Shown in pieces: positions 1-11,000 of a stretch of 64,000 nucleotides of DNA (positions within the stretch are counted from its first letter, which is position 1; each line of letters opens with the position of its first letter). Below the pieces are notes generated by a model that searched no databases, was not told where the DNA came from, and saw only the letters and a list, made by a program, of their open reading frames with translations. The translations under genes were made by a program, and so were the position numbers. This DNA comes from Fimbriosthenelais zetlandica (Eukaryota). Where the stretch lies: positions 17,174,001 to 17,238,000 of the forward strand of contig OZ365116.1 of the NCBI GenBank assembly GCA_977030845.1, written 5' to 3'.

Positions 1-2099
1 GCTCGTTGGGTCCGGGTCGCTCCTGGACTTGACTGCGCTTACGGAGGGCCGGGTCTTACCCGTCTCCCGTATGAGCACCTGTGAAGCTCACCCTTTTTGT
101 ACTTACCACATCTTTTGTTATACGATCACATGTATGTTAAATGTACCAACGCTCTTGCTGCTACTTGCTCTCTGTTGAGAGCTTGCAATGGATTGACCCT
201 GATTTAATAAACAGTTACTATGAAACTTTAATGATATTGCCTTTCTAGTTCTCCTTTGGTCAGCCAGTTCATTACACTTTCCTATAGGAAGTAACCAAAT
301 TATTTTTAGAAACATTCCTGGCTTTGTATTCAGTTATAAGCACATCAAGGAAATGTTATCACATCAATGAAAAGACTAACTAAGGAGAAGGATATATGCC
401 ATCATTCATTTATCATACACCGTGCATAGTTTTCCCTTGACTTGCTCTGTCATGTAATAAAACTCGTCCCACACTCCTCCACATCTAATGACCCATTCAC
501 TCTGCCATGTGTGGAGGTCTTAATTATAATGATCGCTATTACATTTGCCTGGATCATTGCCCTGTATAAGTAGCTACAGTCGCACATATGAGCATTCAAA
601 ATGAGACCCATTTAAAACCACACTTTGAATTCCAAGTACAGTAATAAGATCTGGGTAAGGATGCAGATGAAGGTTTTGTTTCATGATATTATCATTGTCA
701 ATATTGACTTATTGCTTAAATAGTACAGTCAGTATTTAGAGCGAGCCTGATACAGACTGTGTCTGGTTAAAGTTGTATCTAACCACAAGTATTAAGTCAG
801 GTGGCATTTAGTACCAACTCTAACCACAGGGATGATCCCTCAGCATCCTTCACCTCCCATACACTGTCATCATCCTCACACATATGTTTAGTACGCTAGT
901 ACCATTCCTAGACTTAAAGACTATGGAGTACGTTTTTTCCTTCCAAATTTAAGCAAAATTGGATTATTACGTAGACAATATTTGGATTATCAGTGATTGA
1001 AATGGTTTTGGATATACGAGTTACAAGGACATCCAATGAATATTATACCTAATCTGGATACGACATCTTTATAGGGTGTGTGTATGTGTTTTGATAAGCT
1101 TGTCGTGTAGATTATATAGAGTGATTATGAAGATGTGTGAGCTACTCATGTCTATGTATACCTATAGGGACATCTAGTATTCCACGCACGAGGTGTCAGC
1201 CTTCCCACAACTAATTACCTGTCACATGGATTGTCACCTTCACTATATATATATTGACTCATATGTCATTTTGTATTCCAAGCTATATATATATGATACA
1301 CAAATTACACTCCTTCTGATATAATATATTTTGAGTTTTCTCGAAACTAGAGAAGAAAGCAGAGACCCACATTTTTATAACCCAGAAAAAGGTCACCATG
1401 AAGTTCTTAAATAATTAACAAACTAATTGAGATTAGGTGGCAGGCTAGGTCAATTAAAACTTGACTAATTAGTCGGCTGAACCTGTCATCGGCATCTGAC
1501 GCTGTTACTCATGTTACAGTGTAATAATTTGAACCATGTCAGGTTTTCATCCATATTTCTCTTGCCTGGTCCCAGCTTCCCTGAAAGTAATTCAAATCAC
1601 AAGTTTTTCAATTGTGTTTACAGCGCCAAAGTACCCTTGAATAATTGTCTTTTGGAGCCCTGGATCTCTGGTGGAAAGCTATCTTTAACACGAGCTTTGC
1701 CTTATAGGTCACAATAATGATATCAATTAGAGCACCACTAGCTGGACGCTGTCCCTATACTACCAACAATACGAACCATGACCTTTGACATTTGTCCTTA
1801 TAATTGGCCCCTTTGGCACTTAGAGCAAAACACTATGGATCTTAGCCGTGGACATCTTCTCCCCAGTATCTCACTGTCTGCTCTCACTTTTTGTATGATA
1901 TGATTAAATATTCGGTATTTGTACCTGAGAGCAATCAACATTTACTGACTGCAATCAAAGCAGCATTTCTCTAGGCAGTGTAGCCCCCAAAGCGATCCTT
2001 CAGGCAATTTAGTAGAATTTCATTCCCAAAGACCACCTCTTCATTGAAGCTTCTATCAGTCTTTTCATCTTCCCTTCCTAGCCCCAGGTCATAAATTTC

Positions 2100-2545
2100 T
2101 AGCTTCCATCTTTGTATGGAGAAAGATGGGAACATGATTTGCTTGCCAAAGCATGAAGGCCTCCCGTGGGGATTATGTGTGAATCCCTTATATTGGATAG
2201 AGAGGGATGATGTATCGGCTTACTATGCGCTTTGTATTTGGATATTCCTCCTGCCTTTTCTTTGGGCCTTATTTTGACTGTCATATGTAGTAACAACATG
2301 GAATCATATCATAATGGAAGTATAGCATACAATTGTAAAGTCAAACAGACATCATCACTCAGACATAATAGCACCACCATCTGCCCTTCTTTTGCTCCTC
2401 GGAAATAGTTCCACTACTTGCTCCAGAACTTATGTATTGATTCCCATGGGGGTCAGTTATTGACCTTGGAATGGTCAGTCTGGCTGACCACTGGTCGTGT
2501 CTGGACGATGTAGGACACAGGAATGACCTTTTCCAGTACATTTAA
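2100..2545 (-). mobile_element. Possible decayed LINE RT fragment
   Basis: Frameshifted minus-strand peptides WKRSFL (cf. WI.SFL), VLLCLSDDVCL (cf. LFADD) and KPIHH appear in the order expected for CR1/L2-type RT. By-eye match only. Confidence 0.35.
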
Positions 2546-3513
2546 TCCTGAGTTGGCCGATAGGGAGCAGTGCCACTGAAACAATGGTCAGTCAACGTCC
2601 ATCCAGTTAATAGTGTGATTATACAGTGTCCAGAGGAGTGGTCTACTGCCAGCCATGGAGGGTTAAACATAAGCATACCTCACTTGACCAATGTCAGTAT
2701 ATAATATATCTTATTTTTGCCTTTAGACACCGCTCTAGTCTACTGGTAAATTGCCTATTTAATGGTCTAAGTTATCTCAGCACATTACCAAGGCCATTGG
2801 GGAAATACACTGTCCAAAACACTGTTACCGTGGTAAAGCTGATTCCCACCTGCTGTTATCTACAAAGCACTCCACTTATTATACCTCTTCCTGAGGTGTC
2901 AAATGTCAAGAACTCTCAGCTCTACAGAAGTTCCCCTCATTTCCCAGCCACACTTTAGTACTACCCAGACTTGTAGAAGAGCCCTACCTCCCTCCATACC
3001 CCCACCCCGTACCTTAAATGATGAATCTACCAGGGAGGAGAAACCATTTAGAAACCAGTCAATGCGGGACTAGAATGGATGCCACGAAGGCCATACCATG
3101 GCCATCCTGTAATATACCCTAGAGACAGATTGTCCACGTCTCTTGGAGCAGCTCTTATTCTGCTCACCCCTGCTCACCCAGACACATATGCTTTCACAGT
3201 GAACACTTTGACCTGCTCTCCACCCATTTTACATTTACATCACATATACAAGAATAAATGGAATCTTAACCTGGCCCTCAGTGACTTGTGCCATGTGTAA
3301 CTCCGATTCTTCACCCATACCTCATTTTATATTTATTACTTTTCTATGTATCTCTGCTAGTATATATGAATAATGGGTTTAAAACAAGTTGGGTTTCTTT
3401 CTTGGATTTTCTGTTATATAATATACATTAATATACTTTATAGAGTATGACTCTGTATTATATTATTTAGAATATTTTGTACTTTGTGACATTGTTGTTT
3501 GATTGTATTACAG

Positions 3514-3635
3514 ATCTCAGACAGTGAGAGTGAGACTAGTAGTGAGGGCCACACCAGTGATAGTAGTATACACACCATGCCCTCCGAATCTCAAGCCTCA
3601 TTCGCGAGTAAGAGTGCAGCCATCAGAAAAGCAGG
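3514..3635 (+). CDS. TIAM1: TIAM/sif exon: Ser-rich linker into PH domain (ISDSESETSS...AAIRKAG)
   Basis: Acceptor ttgtattacag; donor GG|gtgagt (phase 2); IRKAG is the start of the TIAM PHn domain. The upstream exon lies outside the window or was not found. Confidence 0.88.
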
Positions 3636-3871
3636 GTGAGTAAAAATACTACCTTTCAATTTAATATGAATGAAAAATTGTCCAGACAGCATTAATTCAT
3701 CAAAGATTTTTTATTAAATCTGGCTTATCAATCTTTAATAAGTCTTAGCTCCCTCAAAACTCTTTCGATTCGATGTGGAAATACGCTCAAAAAGCCATTC
3801 CCGTGAAAAGAGCTTTGTCGTAATTGGCAATAAGGTTTAACAATGAATATTGGTTGGCCTTTTACCTTCAG

Positions 3872-4041
3872 GTGGCTTACTGTTAAGAACTGGCTGATGC
3901 ACAAGAAAAGGAAGTTGGAGCAGGCCCCCAAGCGGACGTGGAAGAAATACTGGGTGTGTCTGAAGGGCACAATGCTCCTGTTTTATAATTGTGATGAAGG
4001 GGAGAGCATCAGGGAGGACAGCATACCTAGACATATGTTAG
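3872..4041 (+). CDS. TIAM1: TIAM/sif exon: PH domain (WLTVKNW...WKKYWVCLKGTMLLFY...IPRHML)
   Basis: Acceptor tttaccttcag; donor G|gtcagt; phase 2 to 1. Confidence 0.95.
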
Positions 4042-4196
4042 GTCAGTATGATAACAACACACATTATCATCTATCTCCTAAATGACTCATACATATGTTC
4101 ACCTTCAAATGAGGCAGAGACTATATATAGGACTATACCTAGCAATATATGGAACTATCTCCTAGTAATTTATAATACCTTTCTTTATACTTGCAG

Positions 4197-4294
4197 TAAT
4201 TGAGGGTGGAATAGCCCAGTCGGTTCCGGAACACCCTAAACGAGAACATATCTTTGCCCTGAGCACAGCGTTCGGGGATGCTTATTTATTCCAG
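4197..4294 (+). CDS. TIAM1: TIAM/sif exon: PH domain ([33 protein letters not shown])
   Basis: Acceptor ctttatacttgcag; donor CAG|gtaaga; the VPEHPK..F.LS..FGD.YLFQ motif is typical of TIAM. Absent from the ORF track. Confidence 0.95.
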
Positions 4295-4626
4295 GTAAGA
4301 TCTGATTCTATATTAGAAGGCAACACTTTCAAGATGTTACCTTTGAAACCATTAAGAAGCACATTGAGATAAGACATATAGAGACGTTATTGTATTTGTG
4401 AGTGGCTCCCGTATCGTGATGTCTCTGTGCTGCTTTCTAATACTAAAAACGCCCAGCCTCCCGATGAGACATCTCATCTTTGTGATTAGCCATTTCCCCC
4501 CGTGATTGCCACGTTCTATCTCGGTGATTTGTTATTTTAACGCCCGATGTTTTGGCTGTCATGACATGCAGGCGTTTTACCTTTGTGATTAGAAGTTTTT
4601 TGCTTTAATTTCGTTTTTAATTCCAG

Positions 4627-4770
4627 GCGACTTCCCAGATCGAGCAGGAGAACTGGATTAGTGCTCTCCACTCGGCATGCGCCTCATCCTTCGCCCGCCA
4701 ACACGGCAAGGAAAACACAATCAAACTGCTGAGAAGTGAAATTCACAAATTAGAAAATAGTATTGACATT
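4627..4770 (+). CDS. TIAM1: TIAM/sif exon: end of PH and start of coiled coil (ATSQIEQENWISALHSACA...LENSIDI)
   Basis: Acceptor tttttaattccag; donor ATT|gtaagt; phase 0-0; 48 codons. Absent from the ORF track. Confidence 0.95.
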
Positions 4771-4820
4771 GTAAGTATAGCTTAATATTCCTTTTATTTT
4801 CAAATTTGTTTTGCCGATCT

Positions 4821-4876
4821 CATTTCATACGTTTCTGACCCCAAAAGGCATTTCATACGTTTCTGGCTCCAAAAGG
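4821..4876. repeat. 28-bp tandem duplication in intron
   Basis: catttcatacgtttctgaccccaaaagg followed by catttcatacgtttctggctccaaaagg (2 mismatches). Confidence 0.9.
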
Positions 4877-4944
4877 GCAATAATACCAATATATTGATGG
4901 ATATAAGTGGTTTGTTTACACGCTTGACCTTGCTTGACCTTCAG

Positions 4945-5127
4945 GATATAAAGATGAAGAAAATGGCGGACCTCCAGCTGACCGTCGTGTCTGACCCACG
5001 AAGCAAGGCGGCCATAGAGAAGCAGATAGCCCAGTGGGATGAGAATCTGGAGAAACTTTACATGGAGCAGTACAGGCTTCGGTGCTACATGGCTTCCCTC
5101 CAGGGATGTGAACTACCCAACCCTAAG
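4945..5127 (+). CDS. TIAM1: TIAM/sif exon: coiled coil ([12 protein letters not shown]...[19 protein letters not shown])
   Basis: Acceptor gaccttcag; donor AAG|gtcttt; phase 0-0; 61 codons. Confidence 0.95.
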
Positions 5128-5262
5128 GTCTTTATCCATTCTTCTCCCTCCCTAATTGATAGGCAAATTCCATGTAGTATACCCAGTTCACCTGACCCAG
5201 GCTTCAGGAATATTCTCATCCCCCATGTCTAATATGTGTGAATATAATATCTTTTCCTTCAG

Positions 5263-5486
5263 ACTCTGCTGACTTATGTTTCCAAGGGAACCAAGGCCGC
5301 CTTGAGCAGAATTGGTGTCTTTACTGTAACATCATTCCACGCTTTGGTATGTGCACGCACGCCACTGGTCACATCCAATATTTACAACAAAAACAAAAAG
5401 AAGGGAGGTCTACTTTCCACCTTTAAGGCCGACAGTGTGACCAGGATCCGACCCCGATCACCCAAACCCTTCAGCCCACAATCAGG
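5263..5486 (+). CDS. TIAM1: TIAM/sif exon: Ex region (TLLTYVSKGTKAALSRIGVFTVTSFHALVCAR...PQSG)
   Basis: Acceptor cttttccttcag; donor GG|gtgagt; phase 0 to 2. Confidence 0.93.
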
Positions 5487-5616
5487 GTGAGTCAATAGCC
5501 CTTAATACTCATCTCATAATAATAGATGTCCTTTAAAATTAACATGAGATCAAGAAATATTGTTTAGATGGATATTCTGCTTTGTATGAAATAGAATAAA
5601 TGGTTTATTTTTTCAG

Positions 5617-5761
5617 CAACCAAGTGTATAAGACTTCTGACACTGATCAACAGTTTGTGGTGGACTTAGTCAGTAAGGAGAGTGAGGAGACGCCTCAAGG
5701 CCCGCCTCGAGATCTCTCCTTCGGTGAAAATATGGTCAGAATCAACATGCCTACAGGCCAG
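5617..5761 (+). CDS. TIAM1: TIAM/sif exon: linker and start of RBD (NQVYKTSD...MVRINMPTGQ)
   Basis: Acceptor ttattttttcag; donor CAG|gtgaga; phase 2 to 0. Confidence 0.88.
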
Positions 5762-5862
5762 GTGAGAAATAAAGATTTTTACTTGCGTAATGATTTTATT
5801 TGTGTACATTGTTAATTCATGACAGTGGAGCTTTGATACTAAATCTACTCATTATTTTACAG

Positions 5863-6024
5863 ACTGTGGTGGTAGGCATCTCAGACAAGATGACAGTCCA
5901 GGAGGTGCTAGAATCAGCTTGTAACAAGCGACAACTAAACCCCAATGATCACTTCATACGCTTCAAGTTGCCTGGTGTGGAGAACTTTAAAATCCCCGAG
6001 AAAACCTCCTTCATGGAGAACGAG
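5863..6024 (+). CDS. TIAM1: TIAM/sif exon: Raf-like Ras-binding domain (TVVVGISDKMTVQEVLESACNKRQLNPNDHFIRFK...)
   Basis: Acceptor attattttacag; donor GAG|gtagga; phase 0-0; RBD-like pattern. Confidence 0.92.
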
Positions 6025-6135
6025 GTAGGACTGAAAAGCCATATAATATGACAACTGAAACCTTACAAACACTGCAATCAGCCTCTGACATTTGATGGTC
6101 CAGCTGCTGTTATCATTGTTTCTGCTTGCTTTCAG

Positions 6136-6319
6136 GCTGAATATGAATCGATCGAGGTGTGTCCCAAGATCATGTTCCAGATGGAGATGGTCAAGTCAGA
6201 GCGTGAGCCAGATTTCGGTATCTCTGTAGAGGCTGAACTGGCGGATGACACAGAGCAGGAGGACGAACTCTGCGTCTTTATATCTGAGGTCAACAAAGGT
6301 GGACTAGGCCATCGCCGGG
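6136..6319 (+). CDS. TIAM1: TIAM/sif exon: PDZ N-half (…PDFGISVEAE…LCVFISEVNKGGLGHRR)
   Basis: Acceptor cttgctttcag; donor G|gtgagt; the FGISV and V..GGL elements are PDZ hallmarks. Confidence 0.93.
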
Positions 6320-7313
6320 GTGAGTCCATGATGTCTCACTCAATTCATCTATTATAAAAGTTAATTAGAACTGATGTTGAATCATTCAATCCTTAGCTGG
6401 TCCTCTGATCTTGATTCTGGGGGTCCATCTAAGGAGAAATATCAGCACTGTCAGTCCAATTGGCAAATCAAGTATAAGTTCATTCTGAAAGGCACCCATG
6501 ACGGTTGAAGTTAGTTGTTGGTTAATACACCCATGGCGCTGTGTTATTGATGAGATGCTTCTCCAGCTATCCACGAGGCGGCGCCACAGATACTGCTCCT
6601 GGAGTAGAACAGTTGGGGGAATGGGCAATGTAGAACAGATGCAGTAGCACACTTGGTCATCATCATAGCAGATTCAGCCTCAATGTTTTTTTTAGAACAA
6701 TGGGTAAATGAATGAAGATGTGTTCATGTTTTTATACAAAATCTGCTCTGAACGATTAGATAATATATACATTTGGGACCCAATACCTCCAATCTTTTAC
6801 CTCATATAAATGAATGATAAAGAATGCTTGGCAGCGAACAAGGCGAGGCCTGGTCCAGGCGAACAAGGCTGCCTTATTTTTGCCATCATTCATACATATA
6901 TGATAAATAATAAATCTGTGCCTGACTTGGCTCATACAGCACGTTTCCTTCCTGGTTCCACGCCAGGTGTTCGCCCCATTACCTCACTTCCTGCCATATG
7001 CATTCAATACGAGAGCCAGGGGAATCACCGTGCCACCAGGAGAAAAAAAAGAAAAGAGTGTTAGGAGAGATTGGAGGAAATTGGCCGGGCTAGATGGGGA
7101 TATTTTGCATTAGGCCTGGTATGTTGGTCCCTGACAGGGCGAGTAAATGTGCCACCTTTGGTAACCCTGATTCACAGGCAGCTGTAGGCAGCCCACCCAC
7201 TTTACACTATACATTCTAATGTCATTTCTTATGTATTGCTCCTGCCATCTTCTCCCCTCATTACTTCTGCCGCATTAAATGACTATAATTAAATGAGATT
7301 TGTTACGTTTCAG

Positions 7314-7580
7314 GTCTGATTATGGGAGATGAGATCCTGGTGATCAATGGTAAAGTGGTCTCAGAGCTAGACATGGTCTACGTGGAGACGTTACTAGCAG
7401 AATCAGAGTTTGTATGTATGACTATCCGCTCATGTCGTGTGGAGAGACCACAGAACACTACGGCTCTCATGGAACACGCTGATGTCTACATTGAGAACAT
7501 GATGTGTCCACCCCCTCCCTCACAGTCACGTATCAGCGACAAGGCCATAGGAGATCTTATTGTTCCAGCTCCAAACTGGG
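7314..7580 (+). CDS. TIAM1: TIAM/sif exon: PDZ C-half and CPPPP motif (GLIMGDEILVINGKVV...CPPPPSQ...LIVPAPNW)
   Basis: Acceptor gttacgtttcag; donor G|gtgagt; GDEIL.ING PDZ motif; symmetric phase 1-1; 267 nt. Confidence 0.95.
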
Positions 7581-7716
7581 GTGAGTCCATGCTTCTCTTA
7601 CATTTCTTCATTTTAATAGTTTTTACGTATTTTTCTGTGCAATAATGAGTTTTTCAGGGCCCATGACTGTTTAAAGCTCAGAGTTGCAGAGTGGCTTATC
7701 CTGACATCTCCTACGC

Positions 7717-7770
7717 ACGTCATGGTATCGGGTCAGTTAGAATGATGACGTCAGAATGTGAGCGTCATTT
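7717..7770. promoter_or_regulatory. Full CRE palindrome with flanking half-sites
   Basis: TGACGTCA at 7746-7753; CGTCA at 7718 and 7763. Motif presence is direct; function is untested. Confidence 0.35.
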
Positions 7771-7971
7771 GAAGTTATCAGTGGCCACCATACCTGGCCT
7801 GTGCTCCCCTATCTCGTCACCCTGTCTGGGTGGTATGCTCGTCCTGATCACATGATAAACGTGTTCACTGAGATCTTCTCTCAGATTCTCGTCACTCTAG
7901 TTATCTGGTTACAAGCACTGAGTCAGATTGCAACCGGAAGACAAGATTACAGCACAATACACAGAATGGGT

Positions 7972-8021
7972 TGTACTTAGTTTCGTATTTAGTTCAAGTT
8001 CGTACTTAGTTTCGTACTTAG
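7972..8021. repeat. Short degenerate tandem repeat, ~12-bp unit (ttcgtacttagt)
   Basis: Four imperfect copies; the core tagtttcgta recurs in reverse orientation in a similar array at 37481-37522. Confidence 0.75.
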
Positions 8022-11000
8022 CCGTTCAAATCCTGTGTCTATCTTAAAATCCTGCATTTTCAAGGGGAGATGTATACAGGCTAGAAAGGCCGTAATTCAA
8101 TAAAGCTAAGCCACCAACGTGACATGCTAATCTGCCATGTGACCGTCACATGACCTCTGCCATAACTTCCGGTACATGTTTCCTCATGTCACCACTAAAG
8201 GGAGGGTGGGAAATACCCTCTAAATTCGAGAGATGGCCCCAGCTATCTCCGCATCTTCTAGATCAATGGAAATCCACTTAGGAAGGATAGCTATCGATTG
8301 GTCCCACCAAGATACCCAATCTTCTCAATGTGCTTTTAGAACATGACTTGAGAAAGCCCAGGTGCAGCGCTAAGCGTAGCTTTAATTCAATATATAATGG
8401 CAAATTGTGGCAGTTTTATGGGTGTTGTATCCCTGAATCACTTGCTAGAAAAACCTTTCCGAATCATTCCTATGCATGGATAAAACGTTATTTATTAATT
8501 TGGCGTTAGTTTGGACTGCAGTTATGGGGCATAAACCCAGCAATGTGTGAGGCATTGAATTATAGTGGGTGAGGGATCTAATGTTACATTGTTAATTGTA
8601 CGGTATACAAGTTGATGATACCAGCTGTTAGACTATCATCTCACTTAAACAAGATGAGGTTAAAATCCAGCACACATTGATGGTCATTGTCCATCAGACA
8701 AAGGGTCAAGTGGACAGCTGGTCAGTCCCTGGATCCCTACCCCCTCTCCCCCTCCTTACTCTCATGAGCTGAATAATAGAGGGTCAAAGGCATCCGCGTT
8801 CCCTTGGATGATTCACTTGAGATTTGAAACTTGTTTTTTCACTAGTCTAGATCTGGGAATGTAGATGTTTGGGATTACTGCGTGTACCTTGGGGCATTCC
8901 TCCTGAGTCTTCCCAATACTGCAGTCTTACAGTAGAGAGGCTTGCAGAGCAAAGCTTTCATTTGAGACTGACAGGGGGCGTGGGCTACCTCTCTGTACCT
9001 CGCCCAGCATTAGTGGTGAGAGGCGGGGATGAGAGTAGTCAGAGCTACTGCTGCTCCTCACCAGAGAGCTACAAGCTGCCAGTCCCCATGCTCTACAGCT
9101 TATTCCACAACTCATATACACGGCAATGTGAGATCGGCTTTACATGTACTGCTGCAGCTACAATAACACTGCCTCCAACATCCTAAACATCCGACCGTCA
9201 CTACTCAATACCAAACCCATAAATTTACACTATTGGAATGTGTTGGTGAATGGAGCATTTTAACAATTGGAGATTTTAGCTGGAGATAATAGTTGGAGAT
9301 TTTAGTTGTTTTTGGGTGGATTTTTTCCTGCAAGAGAGAGGAAAGTAGTAGGAAGGGGTGGGCAGGGTGTTGGTTGTGAGGTTTGTGGAGTACGGGTATG
9401 ATCACAACCCATGCCCTATACCATCCTCTTCATACATCCATATATTACTGACCCTTCATTTGTTTGTATGGAGAGCAATGAGGTCAATAGTCTCCAGTAC
9501 ATGACCATCGTATTGGTGCCTCTCTATCCATCTCTCTTTATAATACGGGATGTGTGGTGTACAAACACATAGACAATCTACCTCCATACCTACTCCTCTA
9601 CCCAAGAGATAAATCTAAATATATACTGAAAAACTGTTGGGAAACACATGTTGTAAACATTAAAATGACCTGTGATATATCATAGAGAGAGTTACACCTA
9701 TTGATTAAAAATGGAGCAGAAAATAGAGAATCTCGCTCTGTCTAACAAACAATCCAAGTTCTCATTGTCTAAAAGTTGGATTTCTTGTATTAAATCATTT
9801 CATGGAGATTCTATTGAATCCATACCTCAGCTTCACGTCGACATCTCCTGCGACTGTTGTAAGTGTTTCCTTGCTTTTTAAGCCTTATTTCATATATCCT
9901 GAGATGACCCTTGTAGTTACTTTCATAACATTGATTGAGAGAACCATCTTGTGACCATTAGACCTTCCCCATGTTTCTCATTCCACCAGGCGCAGGATTG
10001 AAATCAATTAGAAACTACATCATCGTTTTTTAAGCCACTTGAAATGATTTCTTCTGGGAAGAATATAATCCAAGAGAATTATTCCAGCAATTTCTTCGTA
10101 GCTTTTTTCTCTTCTATTAATCAATCTCCCTCGACGTTTGTCGGGCCCACCTCAGAATACCTATAGCTGGGCGTTTTAGCCAAAGCCATTTCCTTCCTAC
10201 TGTCCAGAAGATTTAGCCCTGCAAGTCATGCCCCTCCTCTCCTCCACCACCTCCTGAGGTAGCCCGCGTGCTCCACTGCTGACTTGATTAATGACATGGA
10301 AATCCGCCCCCCCCCCTGCCCCCCTCCCCCATATCTCCAACCAACCTTGCATCAAGCTACGAGTTGCTCTATGAATCAATGTTGTCTTCCCTGAAAGGCC
10401 TTTTTAACGGACGCTTGAAACCCGGGCAAATGGCACATGAAAAATAAAGCAAAATGGCCAACAGATACAGCGCTAGGTACAGGCATATGGCTGGAGTTTA
10501 ATTGTCATCGTTTAGCAGTTGCTCTGTACCTACTATTAGCAGGGTTGAGTCAGTTTTAGAGAGCTGCTCGTTGGAGTGTGATGTTGCTAATTCTCATCAA
10601 GAGCTGCTCCTGTTTTTGTTTTCTTCTCCTCTCCTTTACAAATTGGTCCACCGTTCCAGCCAGGGGTAATTAACGCGTCTTATTTTACTTTCCTTGTTAA
10701 TTATAATTACCTTCTTCTGCGTGGATTGGCGGCGGTGATTTTTGTTTTTCCAATTTGAATCAATGGGTGGGCGTAAAACTAATTCTTCCTCGGCAATGTA
10801 GGATGTGCCCACCATTGGTCATTTACTCATTTTAATCAGCTGTTACATTCATTGGTTTCTTAATGTTTTTCGAGTTACACACAAATTATCCCTGGAACAC
10901 CATCCAAATTCCTGGCACGCTGCAGACCTGATATTAAAATATTGAAGAGTCAGCTCATTTGGTTCTTAAAGAAGCTCTCCTCGTAGTGTGGTGCGTAAAC

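Noticed and set aside
1463-1474. 12-bp palindrome GACTAATTAGTC (homeodomain-like)
   Set aside because: Single short site with no supporting context.
6386-6652. Minus-strand ORF containing LVDSWR (APE endonuclease-like motif)
   Set aside because: The following YTW/RLD motifs are not at the expected spacing; a single motif is insufficient.
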